Origin: Minisyncoccota bacterium
Lineage (GTDB): Bacteria > Patescibacteriota > Minisyncoccia > UBA6257
Assembly (NCBI GenBank): GCA_028694995.1
Contig: JAQVJU010000002.1
Span: 2,046 to 66,045, forward strand
DNA length: 64,000 bases
Reading direction: 5' to 3'
The translations under genes were made by a program, and so were the position numbers. The notes beneath the pieces were generated by a model. The model was not told the DNA's origin, did not search any database, and worked only from the letters and a program-made list of their open reading frames with translations. Of the stretch, positions 26,062-37,392 are shown piece by piece (the stretch's first letter is position 1; every line of letters begins with the position of its first letter).

Positions 26062-26076
26062 AAATCAAAACATCAG

Positions 26077-26448
26077 ATGAAAATTTCTTTTAAGAGATTA
26101 GTTAAAAGTTTTTTTAATGCCTTTCAGGGCATAAAGCACGCCTGTTCTCAACAGAATTTTTTTTTAATGATTTTGTTGGCGATGGGCAGTATTTTATTAG
26201 GTTATGGGTTGCAAATATCTTATTATGAATGGTTGATTTTGATTGTGATTATTGGTTTGATTCTGAGTTTAGAAATGTTTAATACAGTCGCTGAAACAAC
26301 TTTGGATTTGATTGAACCAAATTTATCTCCTGAGGTTAAGAAAATTAAAGATGTAATAGCGGGCACAGTGTTGGTTGCATGTTGCATGGCGGTTATTGTT
26401 GGAGGGATAATTTTCATTCCAAAAATATTAATTATCTTTCATTTTTAA
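26077..26448 (+). CDS. dgkA: Diacylglycerol kinase/undecaprenol kinase family (DgkA-like) membrane protein
   Basis: About 120 aa with 3 TM helices. Motif LSLEMFNTVAETTLDLIEP. Confidence 0.55.
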   Translation: MKISFKRLVKSFFNAFQGIKHACSQQNFFLMILLAMGSILLGYGLQISYYEWLILIVIIGLILSLEMFNTVAETTLDLIEPNLSPEVKKIKDVIAGTVLVACCMAVIVGGIIFIPKILIIFHF

Positions 26449-26451
26449 TTT

Positions 26452-28317
26452 ATGCTTTCTCCAGTAGAAGAAATAAAAAACAAATTAGATATTGTAGAAG
26501 TTATTGGTCAGTATCTGAAATTGGAAAAAACAGGAGCTAATTACAGAGCTCTTTGTCCTTTTCATAAGGAAAAAACTCCTTCTTTTTTTGTTTCTCCATC
26601 TCGTCAGATTTGGCATTGTTTTGGTTGTAATGCTGGTGGTGATATTTTTACCTTTGTAATGAGAATAGAGAATATTGAATTCAAGGAAACCTTAGAGATG
26701 TTAGCTAAGAAAGCTGGAGTAAGATTAAGACATGAAAGTCCTCAGGCTCGTTCTCATAAACAAAGATTAATTGATATAAATAAACAAGCAGTTGTTTTTT
26801 TTGAAAACAATCTCTGGCAGAACAAAGAGGTGATTGATTATCTTCATCAGCGAGGATTAAAAGATGAAACAATAAAAGAATTTCATCTTGGTTGGGCTTT
26901 GGATGATTGGAGAGGCTTGAGTGGTTTTTTAATAAAAAAAGGGTTTCAACCAGAAGAAATAGTAGCCAGTGGTTTGGCAATATCTAAAAAGGATCCTACT
27001 AATATTAATCAAAATACTGGGCATAAAATACAAAGCGCAGATATTTATGATCGTTTTCGTTCGCGGGTTATGTTTCCCATAGACAATTCAGTGCAACAAA
27101 CAGTTGGTTTTACTGGAAGAATCTTTCAAGGGAAAAATCCTTTGAAAACCATTAAAGATATTGAGGCAATTGGAAGATATGTTAATAGCCCTCAGACTTT
27201 GATTTTTGACAAAGGGATGATTCTTTATGGGCTTTCTAAGAGTAAACCTCATTTGTATTCTCAAGAAGAAACTTTATTAGTTGAAGGGCAAATGGATTTT
27301 TTGGCTGTTTGGCAATCAGGCATTAAGAATGTAGTGGCTGGTTCAGGCACGGCCTTGACCCCTAATCAATTAAAGATTTTGAAAAGATACAATAATACCT
27401 TGATTTTAGGATTTGATATGGATGAGGCAGGGGAATTGGCTGCAGAAAGAACAATTGAATTGGCTTTAGATAAGGAGTTTAATATTAAGATTCTTCGTCT
27501 TATTGAGGGTAAGGATTTAGCTGATTTTATTGATACGAAAGAAAAAGACAAAACAGAAAAAGGAATAACAATAAAGGAATTGATAAAAAAAGCTAAGCCA
27601 ATAATGGATTTTTACTTTGAAAGAGCTCAAAAATTAGGAGATAAAGATAATATTCAAGGTAAAAAAGCCATTGCTTCATATTTTTTGCCAAAAATTCAGA
27701 AATTAAACAATGTGATAGAAAAGTCTTTTTGGTTGAATAAGCTTTCTCGGTTTTTAAATATCCCAGAACAGGCTTTAAGAGAAGAATTAGAAAAATTATC
27801 AAAAAACAAAGCAACAATAAATAGGGGTGTAATTGATGAAAATGAATCTTTGTATGAATTTCCCATTACTGAATCTTTGTTACGAATAGAGATTATTGCT
27901 GAGAGAATCATTTCTTTTTTAATTAAAAGTCCTCAGTTGAAAAAAAACGCTTTGGATTATGAAGAATATTTTCCTCATAATTTTAAGGAAATTTTCAAGG
28001 TAATTAAAAACATTTCCTCAGCTGAAGAAATAGATAGGCATAACTTAATAAAACTTAATTTAGGTGAAGAGATAAAAGAAAAAATCAATCAATTAGGCTT
28101 GCGCGCTGATTATGAAACTGAATTATTAGAAAGATTTAATGTTTCTTTAAAAGATGAATTAGAAAAAGAATTAAAAGAATTAAAAAAAGAATCAATTAAA
28201 CGACAAATGAGTGAAATTGAATCAGAAATCAGAAATGCAGAAAAAGATAATGATAAAAAATTACTTGAAGGATTAATGAAAAAATTCAATCAATTATCTA
28301 AACAATTATTAAATTAA
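26452..28317 (+). CDS. dnaG: DNA primase
   Basis: CHC2 zinc finger [11 protein letters not shown]...[16 protein letters not shown] domain EGQMDFLAV...GFDMDEAG. Confidence 0.9.
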   Translation: MLSPVEEIKNKLDIVEVIGQYLKLEKTGANYRALCPFHKEKTPSFFVSPSRQIWHCFGCNAGGDIFTFVMRIENIEFKETLEMLAKKAGVRLRHESPQARSHKQRLIDINKQAVVFFENNLWQNKEVIDYLHQRGLKDETIKEFHLGWALDDWRGLSGFLIKKGFQPEEIVASGLAISKKDPTNINQNTGHKIQSADIYDRFRSRVMFPIDNSVQQTVGFTGRIFQGKNPLKTIKDIEAIGRYVNSPQTLIFDKGMILYGLSKSKPHLYSQEETLLVEGQMDFLAVWQSGIKNVVAGSGTALTPNQLKILKRYNNTLILGFDMDEAGELAAERTIELALDKEFNIKILRLIEGKDLADFIDTKEKDKTEKGITIKELIKKAKPIMDFYFERAQKLGDKDNIQGKKAIASYFLPKIQKLNNVIEKSFWLNKLSRFLNIPEQALREELEKLSKNKATINRGVIDENESLYEFPITESLLRIEIIAERIISFLIKSPQLKKNALDYEEYFPHNFKEIFKVIKNISSAEEIDRHNLIKLNLGEEIKEKINQLGLRADYETELLERFNVSLKDELEKELKELKKESIKRQMSEIESEIRNAEKDNDKKLLEGLMKKFNQLSKQLLN

Positions 28318-28318
28318 T

Positions 28319-29677
28319 ATGCAAAAAAAGAAACAAAATTTATCAAAATCTGTTAAAAAAACTAAAAAGACAACCAAGTCATTAAAAAGAAAAAAGATAG
28401 TAAAGAAAGCTCCTAAGAAAGCAAAGACTTTAAAAAAGAAGCCAGTAGTGAGAAAAAAAACAGTGGTAAAAAAGAAACCAATAGTGAAGAAGAAAATAAC
28501 AAAAAAGAAGCCTGCAGTAAGAAGGAAGCCTGTAGTGAAAAAGAAAAAAGTTGTAAAGAAAAAACAAGTATTAACAGGAACAAAAACACAAAAGAAAAAA
28601 GGAAAAGTAGATAAAGTAAAAGAACTAGTAGAAAGAGGAAAAACAAGACGATTTGTAACTCAAGATGAGATTTTAAAATTCTTTCCACGAATAGAAGAAG
28701 ATTTAGATTTTCTAGAACAGCTTTATGATGCCTTAGCAGAGGCAAATATTGAGGTAATAGAAAGTGGAGATTTATTAATACCTGATGCTGAGATAACTGA
28801 AAAAGAATTAAATGAAGCGGTTAAAGTTTCGCCAACTGATACAGTGTCTAGTAATGTGCAGTCATATTTAAGAGAAATAGGTAAAGTGCCATTACTTACT
28901 GTAGAAGAAGAAAGAAGTTTGGCTAAAAAAGTAGAAGAAGGTGATGAGCAGGCTAGAAAGAAAATGATTGAGGCTAATTTACGTTTGGTTGTTTCTATTG
29001 CTAAACGCTATATCGGCAGAAGCAGTAATTTGAATTTATTAGATTTAATTCAAGAAGGGAATATTGGTTTGTCAAAAGCAGTTAATAAATTTGATTACAA
29101 AAAAGGGTTTAAGTTTTCTACTTATGCCACTTGGTGGATTAGACAGGCGATTACCAGGGCTTTGGCTGATCAGGGGAGAACTATAAGAATTCCAGTGCAT
29201 ATGGTAGAAACAATTACCAAATATTTGAAAACCAGAAGGTTATTAGCTCAAACCTTAGGTCGGGATCCTTTACCAGAAGAAATTGCTCAAGAAATGGGAA
29301 AAGATGTAGAAGAGATTCTTTACTTAATGCAAATTTCTCAAAGAACCTCATCTTTGAATCAACCTTTAGGCGATGAAGAAAGTGGTAGTGAATTAGCTGA
29401 TTTCATATCAGATACAAAAACAATCACCCCAGATAATTATGCAACCAGAGAACTTCTTAAAAGTGAATTAAGAAAGATTATGGAAGAATTGTCAGAAAGG
29501 GAAAGAGAGATTATTAGGATGAGATTTGGTTTGGATGATGGGATGACTCATACTTTAGAAGAGGTGGGTAAGGCTTTTGGGGTTACCAGAGAAAGAATCA
29601 GGCAGATAGAAGCTAAGACGTTGGAAAAATTAAAAGACCATGCTGAAGCTAAAAGGTTAAAGGAATTTTTAAAATAG
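28319..29677 (+). CDS. rpoD: RNA polymerase sigma factor RpoD with lysine-rich N-terminal extension
   Basis: Regions 2-4 conserved ([13 protein letters not shown], region 4 [23 protein letters not shown]). About 100 N-terminal residues of K-rich P/V-KKK repeats. Confidence 0.9.
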   Translation: MQKKKQNLSKSVKKTKKTTKSLKRKKIVKKAPKKAKTLKKKPVVRKKTVVKKKPIVKKKITKKKPAVRRKPVVKKKKVVKKKQVLTGTKTQKKKGKVDKVKELVERGKTRRFVTQDEILKFFPRIEEDLDFLEQLYDALAEANIEVIESGDLLIPDAEITEKELNEAVKVSPTDTVSSNVQSYLREIGKVPLLTVEEERSLAKKVEEGDEQARKKMIEANLRLVVSIAKRYIGRSSNLNLLDLIQEGNIGLSKAVNKFDYKKGFKFSTYATWWIRQAITRALADQGRTIRIPVHMVETITKYLKTRRLLAQTLGRDPLPEEIAQEMGKDVEEILYLMQISQRTSSLNQPLGDEESGSELADFISDTKTITPDNYATRELLKSELRKIMEELSEREREIIRMRFGLDDGMTHTLEEVGKAFGVTRERIRQIEAKTLEKLKDHAEAKRLKEFLK

Positions 29678-29693
29678 CCGCTTTAAGTTAGAT

Positions 29694-30965
29694 ATGGGTT
29701 TTTTGGAAAAAATTAAAAGAAATTCTTTTTTACGCAAATCTATCGCTTTTTTAGCGCATTTAGTTTTTGGTTTTCCTGCGCGTAGTTTGATTATTATTGG
29801 CGTCACTGGAACCACAGGAAAAACCACCACTTGTTTTATGATTAAAAGTATTTTAGAAAACAATGGAATTAAAACTGGATTAATTAGCACAGCAGGGTTT
29901 GATGTTGGTCCAGAAACAATTTATCCTAAAGCGCAAACTCCGGCCACAACACCTGATCCATTTATGCTTTGTTCTTTACTGAGAAAAATGAAGAAAAATG
30001 GTGTAAAGGCAGTGGTGATTGAAACTTCTTCATTTGGTTTAATGTATGAGCGGGTTTTTGGTCTTAAGTTTTCTGTTGCCGTTTTAACTAATATTTCTTT
30101 TAATCATCATTTGGCTATTCATGGGGGCATGGAAGAATATGTTTTTGCAAAATTAAAATTGTTTCAAGGCTTGGATAAAAAAGCAATTGCTGTTTTACCA
30201 AAAGATAGTGAATATTTTGATTTGTTTTCTAAGAATACAAAAGCAAAAGTTATTAGTTTTGGTTCTGAGCAATCAAGTGATCTTTGGTTTGAAATTAAAG
30301 AATCAACTAAAGATAAGAACAGGGCGATAATTCATTTTAAAAATGATTCTTTTTTAATTGATTTGCCTTTGCCTGGAGTTTTTAATCTTTTTAATTGTTT
30401 GGCAGCAATTGGCGCCGGACAGTTTTTTTCTTTAAGTTTTGAACAGATAAAAAAAGGATTAGAGAGTTTAACCTATATCCCAGGAAGATTAGAGGAAATA
30501 AAAGCTAACCAACCTTTTACTATTATTGTAGATAAGGCAAATACTCCAGCGGCTTTTTGTGGTATAATAGATTTTATTAAAACCTTAAATCCTGAAAAGA
30601 AGATAGTGGTTTATGGTAATTTTGGTGAAACGCCAAGAGAAGAAAGAGATCAGCTAGCTGAAATTGCAACTGGTTTTTTTGATTTAACCATTATTACTGA
30701 AGATGATCCTCAAGAATTATCTCCTCAGCCAAGCATTGATGATTTTTTGGATTTTGTTAAAAAGAAAAATGTTAATAAAGAAAAGTATTTGGCAATTTCT
30801 AATAGAAAAGAAGCTATACGTAAGGCAATCAATTTAAGTAAAAAAGGGGACTTGATTGCTATCTTAGGCAGAGGCAATGAAAAATTCATGGATTATGGAG
30901 AAAAGACAATTGTTTTTGATGATAGGGAAGTAACCCGAGAGGTTTTAAAAGAACAAGGGTATTAA
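29694..30965 (+). CDS. Mur ligase family protein (MurE/MurF-like)
   Basis: ATP-binding motif GVTGTTGKTTT and the three-domain Mur ligase layout. Substrate specificity not assignable. Confidence 0.55.
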   Translation: MGFLEKIKRNSFLRKSIAFLAHLVFGFPARSLIIIGVTGTTGKTTTCFMIKSILENNGIKTGLISTAGFDVGPETIYPKAQTPATTPDPFMLCSLLRKMKKNGVKAVVIETSSFGLMYERVFGLKFSVAVLTNISFNHHLAIHGGMEEYVFAKLKLFQGLDKKAIAVLPKDSEYFDLFSKNTKAKVISFGSEQSSDLWFEIKESTKDKNRAIIHFKNDSFLIDLPLPGVFNLFNCLAAIGAGQFFSLSFEQIKKGLESLTYIPGRLEEIKANQPFTIIVDKANTPAAFCGIIDFIKTLNPEKKIVVYGNFGETPREERDQLAEIATGFFDLTIITEDDPQELSPQPSIDDFLDFVKKKNVNKEKYLAISNRKEAIRKAINLSKKGDLIAILGRGNEKFMDYGEKTIVFDDREVTREVLKEQGY

Positions 30966-30974
30966 TTTTAAAAA

Positions 30975-32900
30975 ATGTTTTCTTCTGAACAATTAAGGGA
31001 AAAATATTTTGAATTTTTTAAACAAAGAGGACATCAGATTATTCCTTCTGCTTCTTTAATTCCAGAAGATGATACAACAACTTTATTTATTGGTTCGGGC
31101 ATGCAACCTTTAGTGCCTTATTTGATGGGTAAACCCCATAATTTGGGGAAAAGGTTGGTTAATGTACAAAAATCTTTTCGGGCTGAAGATATAGAAGAAG
31201 TGGGTGATAGCCGGCATACTACTTTTTTTGAAATGATGGGCAATTGGTCTTTAGGTGATTATTTTAAAAAAGAACAACTTAATTGGGTTTTTGAGTTTTT
31301 AACAAAAGAATTGAAGATAGATCCTCAAAGATTATATGTTTCGGTTTTTCGAGGTAATAAAGATATTGGCGTTGATAGAGATTTAGAATCAGCAGTTATT
31401 TGGAAAGATATTTTTAAAAAAAATAACCTTTCATTTAAAGATGTTGATTTTGCTGAAGAAAAAGGCATGCAAGATGGTAGGATTTTCTATTATGATGAAT
31501 TTAAAAATTGGTGGTCACGCTCAGGCATCCCAGCTAAAATGCCAAAAGGAGAGATAGGCGGGCCAGATAGTGAGATTTTTTATGATTTGGGAGCAGAGCT
31601 TAAAAGACATGAAAATTCTAAATACAAAAATCAACCTTGTCATATTAATTGTGATTGCGGACGTTTTGTGGAAATTGGCAATAGTGTATTTATAGAATAC
31701 ATTCGGACAGATAAAGGTTTTGAGCCATTGCCTCAAAAGAATGTTGATTTTGGTGGTGGTTTGGAGCGGATAGCTATGGTGGTGCAAAACAAGGAGAATA
31801 TTTTTAAATCAGATTTATTTATAGATATTATTGAAAAAATACAAGAATTGTCTAATCTTCAATATACAGATAATCAATCAGCTTTTGAAGTGATTGCTGA
31901 TCATCTTCGAGCAGCTACTTTTATCATGGGTGATGATAAAGGAGTGGTGCCAGCTAATATTGAACAGGGATATATTGTCCGTCGTTTGATTAGAAGGGCT
32001 ATTCGTTATGGCAGACAATTAAATATTCAAAAACCATTATGGATTCAAGACATATCTCAAGTAATAATTAACAAATACAAAACAATTTATCCAGAATTAA
32101 TTAATAACTTTGATGTGATTATGGATAATTTAGCTCAGGAAGAAATGAAATTTAGTAAAACATTGGAAAAAGGATTAAAAGAGTTTGAAAAATTATTTGA
32201 CACTTATCAAAAAGATTTTAAAGAATTTATCATTGATGAAAACACTTTATTTGATTTGTATCAAACTTATGGTTTTCCTTTTGAATTAAGCATTGAAGAG
32301 ATTAATAAAAAAAGAATTCAAGTTGGGGGCATAGCCATTTCTAAACAGATAGAAGATAATTTATTGAGTTTGTTTAGGGAAAAGATAAAAAAGCATCAAG
32401 AGCTTTCTAGAACAGCAGCTGCTGGTAAATTCAAAGGTGGCCTAGCTGATAAATCTGAACAAACAAAAAAACTACATACAGCTTGCCATCTTCTTTTAGC
32501 TGCTCTAAGAAAAGTTTTAGGAGAACATGTGGAACAAAAAGGCTCTAATATTACTGCTGAACGGTTGCGTTTTGATTTTTCTCATTCTGAAAAAATGAAT
32601 AAGGAACAAATTAAAAAAACAGAAGAAATAGTTAACAAAGCAATTAAGGATAATTTACCTATTTTTTTTAAAGAAATGACATTAACAAAAGCAAAACAAC
32701 AAGGAGCCATTGGAGTTTTTGATTCAAGATATGGTGAAAAGGTAAAAGTCTATATGATTGGTAAAGATGATAATCTATTTTCTAAAGAAATTTGCGGTGG
32801 GCCGCACATGACCAATACAGGTGATCTGGGACATTTTAAAATTATAAAAGAAGAATCTTCTAGCTCAGGCATAAGAAGAATAAAAGCCATTTTGAATTGA
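30975..32900 (+). CDS. alaS: Alanine--tRNA ligase, short form lacking C-terminal oligomerisation/DHHA1 region
   Basis: N-terminal class II AlaRS catalytic core (FFKQRGHQIIPSASLIPEDDTTLFIGSGMQP). Editing-domain HxxxH/CxxxH (HTACHLL...CGGPH). Only 641 aa. Confidence 0.8.
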   Translation: MFSSEQLREKYFEFFKQRGHQIIPSASLIPEDDTTTLFIGSGMQPLVPYLMGKPHNLGKRLVNVQKSFRAEDIEEVGDSRHTTFFEMMGNWSLGDYFKKEQLNWVFEFLTKELKIDPQRLYVSVFRGNKDIGVDRDLESAVIWKDIFKKNNLSFKDVDFAEEKGMQDGRIFYYDEFKNWWSRSGIPAKMPKGEIGGPDSEIFYDLGAELKRHENSKYKNQPCHINCDCGRFVEIGNSVFIEYIRTDKGFEPLPQKNVDFGGGLERIAMVVQNKENIFKSDLFIDIIEKIQELSNLQYTDNQSAFEVIADHLRAATFIMGDDKGVVPANIEQGYIVRRLIRRAIRYGRQLNIQKPLWIQDISQVIINKYKTIYPELINNFDVIMDNLAQEEMKFSKTLEKGLKEFEKLFDTYQKDFKEFIIDENTLFDLYQTYGFPFELSIEEINKKRIQVGGIAISKQIEDNLLSLFREKIKKHQELSRTAAAGKFKGGLADKSEQTKKLHTACHLLLAALRKVLGEHVEQKGSNITAERLRFDFSHSEKMNKEQIKKTEEIVNKAIKDNLPIFFKEMTLTKAKQQGAIGVFDSRYGEKVKVYMIGKDDNLFSKEICGGPHMTNTGDLGHFKIIKEESSSSGIRRIKAILN

Positions 32901-32949
32901 TATTGAGTTAAATAAAATAAATTGTTATACTAAAAAACAAAGAAATAAA

Positions 32950-34482
32950 ATGAATAACAAGCAAAATCAGTTTCCTAAAGGTGAAGATTTTTCTTCTAGG
33001 GATGGAAACGAAACCATAAAATCCAATAGAAAAAGAAAAGTCAAAGATATATTTGCGCCTCATGAATTAAAGTCAGGCGATTTTGTTGAAATTGCAGAAG
33101 CGCCAATAGAAATTCAAGAAGAGCCTGAGATAAATATTGAAATGGAAGAACAGTCAATAAGAATTGTGCATACAGAAACCGTGCCCCAAGTAAGAGAAGA
33201 TGTTCATAAAAGCTTGGAAAATTTCTTTAGGGAAACAGAAGAAGAATTACCTGAGTTAAGAACAGAAACTATTAGTAAACCTCCCTTAAAAGCAAAGAAA
33301 AGAGATTTTAAGCTTTTTTGGTTTATTGGCATTCCTGTGGTTTTATTGGCTTTTTATTATTTCGGATTTATTGTTTTAGCTCGCGCAGAAATAGGGATTG
33401 AAACATATAAAAAAGAAATTCCTTTTTCAAAAGAAATTGTGGTTGATGATAATGTTTCTTCAATAGATGTTGCTAAGGCAGTAATTCCTGGCAACTTGTT
33501 TGTTTTTAATTCAACAGAAAGACAAGAATTTGAGAGTACTGGTCAAGGTAAGGATGAGATAAAGGCTAAAGGAATTATTACTATTTATAATAATTATTCT
33601 ACAGATCCTCAGATTTTAGTGGCCACCACTCGTTTTGAAACCCCAGATCATAAAATATTTCGTTTGGATTCTCGAGTGGTTATTCCTGGAGCCACAACTG
33701 AAAATGGTAAATTAGTTCCTTCAACAATAGACGTTAAGGTTACGGCTGATAAGGCAGGACCAGATTATAATATTGAGGCTTGTAAAATGCCTGATTGTAA
33801 ATATACTATTCCTGGTTTTGAAGGTATGCCAGAGTTTGATGGTTTTTATGGGGTTTCTAATAATCCAATGACAGGAGGAAGTTTAGGTTCAGTGCCCATG
33901 GTTTCTTCTGAAGACATTAAGAAAGCTGAAGAAGAGATATTAACAAAAATAATGGAAACCATTAATGTGGATATTGAGAATAAGATAACCAATGAATATG
34001 ATAATTTAGTGATTTTACCAGGAGCTAAAAGTGGGGTTAAGGTTAGTAAAATAGAAAGTGACGCTAAGATAGGGGATTATAAAGATAAATTTACTGTTAA
34101 TGCAGAAGTGGAAATTAAAGTTATTGCTTATGATAAAAATCATCTCTTGAATTATATCCAAAGTGTTTTAAAAGAATCTAAAGAAAAGGATTATGATTTT
34201 TGTAAAGATTTAGAAATAGAATATTCTGATTTGGAAGCTGATTTTGATAAAGGTTTTCTTCAATTAACTGTTAAAACCAGTCAAACTTTATGTCAGAAAT
34301 TAGATGCAGAAGCTATTAAGAAAGATATATTAGGTAAAAATGAAAAAGAATTAGATGCGGTTTTTAAAGCTAATCCTGGCATTGAAGAAGTGAAAATAAA
34401 GTTCTGGCCGTTTTGGATAAAAAGAACCCCTAAGTCCTTGCAAAAAGTAAAGATTTTAATAGATGGCAATGTTATTGAATAA
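32950..34482 (+). CDS. Hypothetical membrane protein (one TM helix near residue 120, large extracytoplasmic domain)
   Basis: ORF only. No motif recognised. Confidence 0.35.
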   Translation: MNNKQNQFPKGEDFSSRDGNETIKSNRKRKVKDIFAPHELKSGDFVEIAEAPIEIQEEPEINIEMEEQSIRIVHTETVPQVREDVHKSLENFFRETEEELPELRTETISKPPLKAKKRDFKLFWFIGIPVVLLAFYYFGFIVLARAEIGIETYKKEIPFSKEIVVDDNVSSIDVAKAVIPGNLFVFNSTERQEFESTGQGKDEIKAKGIITIYNNYSTDPQILVATTRFETPDHKIFRLDSRVVIPGATTENGKLVPSTIDVKVTADKAGPDYNIEACKMPDCKYTIPGFEGMPEFDGFYGVSNNPMTGGSLGSVPMVSSEDIKKAEEEILTKIMETINVDIENKITNEYDNLVILPGAKSGVKVSKIESDAKIGDYKDKFTVNAEVEIKVIAYDKNHLLNYIQSVLKESKEKDYDFCKDLEIEYSDLEADFDKGFLQLTVKTSQTLCQKLDAEAIKKDILGKNEKELDAVFKANPGIEEVKIKFWPFWIKRTPKSLQKVKILIDGNVIE

Positions 34483-34541
34483 AAAAGACAGTCAATCAGG
34501 GTTGACTAAAAGATGCAATTTTGATAAACTGATAACACTTT

Positions 34542-34763
34542 ATGACTGAGAAAAAAGCAATGATTCGTAAAGAAGGAGTAGTTATTGAATCTTTACGAAA
34601 TGCAATGTTTCGTGTTCGTTTGAACGAAGGAGGAGAGGAAATATTAGCTCATTTAGCTGGAAAACTTCGCCTGAATTATATAAAAGTCCTCCTGGGCGAT
34701 AAGGTAGTAGTTGAAGTTTCGCCTTATGATTCTAAGCGAGGCCGTATTGTTTATCGACTATAA
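34542..34763 (+). CDS. infA: Translation initiation factor IF-1
   Basis: S1-like fold. Matches the IF-1 consensus along its length. Confidence 0.9.
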   Translation: MTEKKAMIRKEGVVIESLRNAMFRVRLNEGGEEILAHLAGKLRLNYIKVLLGDKVVVEVSPYDSKRGRIVYRL

Positions 34764-34806
34764 AAGGCTTTGTTTTAATTCAAAGCCTTGCTTATTTTGT
34801 AAAATT

Positions 34807-34920
34807 ATGAAAGTTAGGTCATCAGTAAAAAAAATTTGTAGGAATTGCAAGATAGTTAGGCGCAAGGGTCGCCTTTATGTTATTTGTCGCAATCCTAAAC
34901 ATAAACAAAGACAAGGATAA
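34807..34920 (+). CDS. rpmJ: 50S ribosomal protein L36
   Basis: [37 protein letters not shown], 37 aa with the C-x2-C-x12-C-x4-H zinc ribbon. Confidence 0.85.
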   Translation: MKVRSSVKKICRNCKIVRRKGRLYVICRNPKHKQRQG

Positions 34921-34929
34921 AATAAAAAT

Positions 34930-35322
34930 ATGGTTCGTTTTTTAGGAATAGATATTCCAGACAATAAAAAAATCAATATTGCCTTAACCTATATCTATGG
35001 CATTGGGCAATCTTTGTCAGAAACGCTTTTAAAAGAAGCGAAGATTGATTTTAATAAAAAAGCTAAGGACTTAACTTCAGCAGAGTTTAATGCTTTGAAA
35101 GAGCTTTTAGATAAAAAGCAGATTAAAACTGAAGGGGATTTGAAAAGAGAAATCAGAGCTAATGTAAAAAGATTAATAAATGTTAGTAGTTATCGAGGCT
35201 CAAGACATATAAAGCGCTTACCAGTAAGAGGTCAACGAACAAAAACAAATTCAAGAACTATTAGAGGCAATGTTAGAAAAACTGTAGGTTCTGGTAAGAG
35301 AAAAGCTGCTTCACCAACCTAA
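34930..35322 (+). CDS. rpsM: 30S ribosomal protein S13
   Basis: Motif GIDIPDNKKI..ALTYIYGIG. Confidence 0.9.
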   Translation: MVRFLGIDIPDNKKINIALTYIYGIGQSLSETLLKEAKIDFNKKAKDLTSAEFNALKELLDKKQIKTEGDLKREIRANVKRLINVSSYRGSRHIKRLPVRGQRTKTNSRTIRGNVRKTVGSGKRKAASPT

Positions 35323-35343
35323 TCCAAATTAATTTATTAAGAT

Positions 35344-35787
35344 ATGGGAAAGAAAAGAGTCATTACTAAAGCAGGAGCAGAGAGCGGCAAGATAGCGGAA
35401 AAAATGGCTGCTGCAAAATCAAAAACCCCAATAAAGAAAATTACAGAAAAGGGGAGAGTTTATATTCTAGCTTCTTATAACAATACATCAATTTTAATTA
35501 CTGATTTAAAAGGTAATGCTTTGGCTTGGTCTTCTGCAGGCTCACTTGGTTTTCGAGGACCTAAAAAAGCCACGCCTTATGCTGCTTCAAGAGTGGTTGG
35601 AGTTTTAATGGAAAAAATTAAGAAAATGGGAATGAAGACAGCAGAAATCTATTTAAAAGGAATTGGCGGAGGCAGAGATATGGCGGTGAGGTCTTTTGCC
35701 AATCAGGGGTTAGATATTACTATGATTAAAGACGTGACCCCAGTGCCTCATAATGGACCCCGACCTAGAAAAGCAAGAAGAGTATAA
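35344..35787 (+). CDS. rpsK: 30S ribosomal protein S11
   Basis: S11 signature across the ORF. C-terminus HNGPRPRKARRV. Confidence 0.9.
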   Translation: MGKKRVITKAGAESGKIAEKMAAAKSKTPIKKITEKGRVYILASYNNTSILITDLKGNALAWSSAGSLGFRGPKKATPYAASRVVGVLMEKIKKMGMKTAEIYLKGIGGGRDMAVRSFANQGLDITMIKDVTPVPHNGPRPRKARRV

Positions 35788-35806
35788 TTTAATTTTTTAT
35801 ATCTTT

Positions 35807-36424
35807 ATGTTAGATGATAAATGTAAACAATGTAGAGCAGTAGGGGAGAAACTTTTTCTCAAAGGAGAAAGATGTTTTACACCTAAATGCGCCTTGGTGA
35901 GAAGGGGCTTTCCTGCTATAGGTCAACAAAAAAGAAGACGTAGAATAACTGCTTATGGCAAGCAATTAATGGAAAAACAAAGAGCAAGGTTAGCTTATGG
36001 GATAGGGGAGCAACAATTTAGACGCTATGTAAAATTGGCTTTTAAAAAGACAACAGCGACTCCAGAAGCCTTAGCTCAATTATTAGAAAACAGATTTGAT
36101 AATATTATTTTCCGTTTAGGCTTGGTGCCTTCAAGAACTATGGCCAGACAATTAGTGTCTCATGGTCATTTTCTTTTAAATGGCAGGAAGCACAATATTG
36201 CTTCAACAATATTAAAAAAAGGAGATGTGGTTTCTATTAGGCCGCAAAGTATGAACAAACAACCTTTTAAAGATGTAAAGGAAACTATTAAAAAATACAA
36301 TCCGCCTAAACATCTTCAATTGGATCAAAGTAAATTAGAAGGCAAGGTAATTGCTGAGCCTGATATTAAAGAATTACAGCTTCCATTTGATTTTACATCA
36401 ATAATAGAGTTTTATAGCAAATAA
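35807..36424 (+). CDS. rpsD: 30S ribosomal protein S4
   Basis: N-terminal Cys cluster CKQCRAVGEKLFLKGERCFTPKC and an S4 RNA-binding domain. Start moved to the internal ATG. Confidence 0.85.
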   Translation: MLDDKCKQCRAVGEKLFLKGERCFTPKCALVRRGFPAIGQQKRRRRITAYGKQLMEKQRARLAYGIGEQQFRRYVKLAFKKTTATPEALAQLLENRFDNIIFRLGLVPSRTMARQLVSHGHFLLNGRKHNIASTILKKGDVVSIRPQSMNKQPFKDVKETIKKYNPPKHLQLDQSKLEGKVIAEPDIKELQLPFDFTSIIEFYSK

Positions 36425-36449
36425 AAAAATTTAAAATATATTTAATAAT

Positions 36450-37388
36450 ATGTTTCAATTACCTTCATCTATCATTGCCAAAGAGAAAAAGGAAAATTAT
36501 GGAAAATTTGTCATTGAAGGATTATATCCTGGTTATGGAACCACTTTGGGCAATGCTTTAAGACGGGTTCTGCTTTCTTCAATTAAAGGAGCCGCGATGA
36601 CTTCTTTTAAGATAAAAGGCGTCCAGCATGAATATTCTGTAATTCCTAATATTTTAGAAAGTGTTTTAGATATCATGCTTAATTTAAAATCTTTAAGAGT
36701 GAGATTGCATGGGCATGAACCCCAGATATTAAAATTGAAAACTGAAGGAGAAAAAACAGTATTGGCTAAGGATTTTGAACCTAATCCAATGGTGGAAATT
36801 ATGAATCCAGATTTAGTTATTGCCAATATCACAGATAAGAAAGGAAAATTAGAATTAGAACTATTAATAGAAGAAGGTTTGGGATATTCTCAAGCCAAAG
36901 AGCGTAAAGAAGAAAAAATACCTATTGGCACCATTGCTGTTGATGCTATTTTCTCACCAGTGGAAAAAGTTAATTTTATAGTAGAAGACATGAGGGTAGG
37001 GGAGAAAACTGACTTTAATCGTTTAATTATTAACATTGAAACTGATGGTTCTGTTTCTCCAGAACAAGCTTTGGGCCAAGCAGCGAATATTCTCAAAGAT
37101 CATTTTAAATTAGTGGCAGAGAAATTTATCATTGAAGAAGTAAAAGAAATTAATAAAGAAGAAAAAGGAGTTTCTAAAAAACAAAAGAAAGAACCAAAGA
37201 ATATTTCAATAGAAGAACTTGATTTAAGTTCTCAGACTAAAAAAGCCTTAATCAATAATGGGATTAAATCATTGGCTGGATTGTTAAGATACCGAGAAGA
37301 GACTTTAATGAATCTAGAAGGCATTAAAGAAAAATCCCTAGAGGAGATAAAAAAAGTCATTAAGGGTTTGGAATATACATTAAAGTAA
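36450..37388 (+). CDS. rpoA: DNA-directed RNA polymerase subunit alpha
   Basis: N-terminal domain (GYGTTLGNALRRVLLSS). C-terminal alpha-CTD (ELDLSSQTKKALINNGIKSLAGLL). Confidence 0.9.
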   Translation: MFQLPSSIIAKEKKENYGKFVIEGLYPGYGTTLGNALRRVLLSSIKGAAMTSFKIKGVQHEYSVIPNILESVLDIMLNLKSLRVRLHGHEPQILKLKTEGEKTVLAKDFEPNPMVEIMNPDLVIANITDKKGKLELELLIEEGLGYSQAKERKEEKIPIGTIAVDAIFSPVEKVNFIVEDMRVGEKTDFNRLIINIETDGSVSPEQALGQAANILKDHFKLVAEKFIIEEVKEINKEEKGVSKKQKKEPKNISIEELDLSSQTKKALINNGIKSLAGLLRYREETLMNLEGIKEKSLEEIKKVIKGLEYTLK

Positions 37389-37392
37389 GAAG

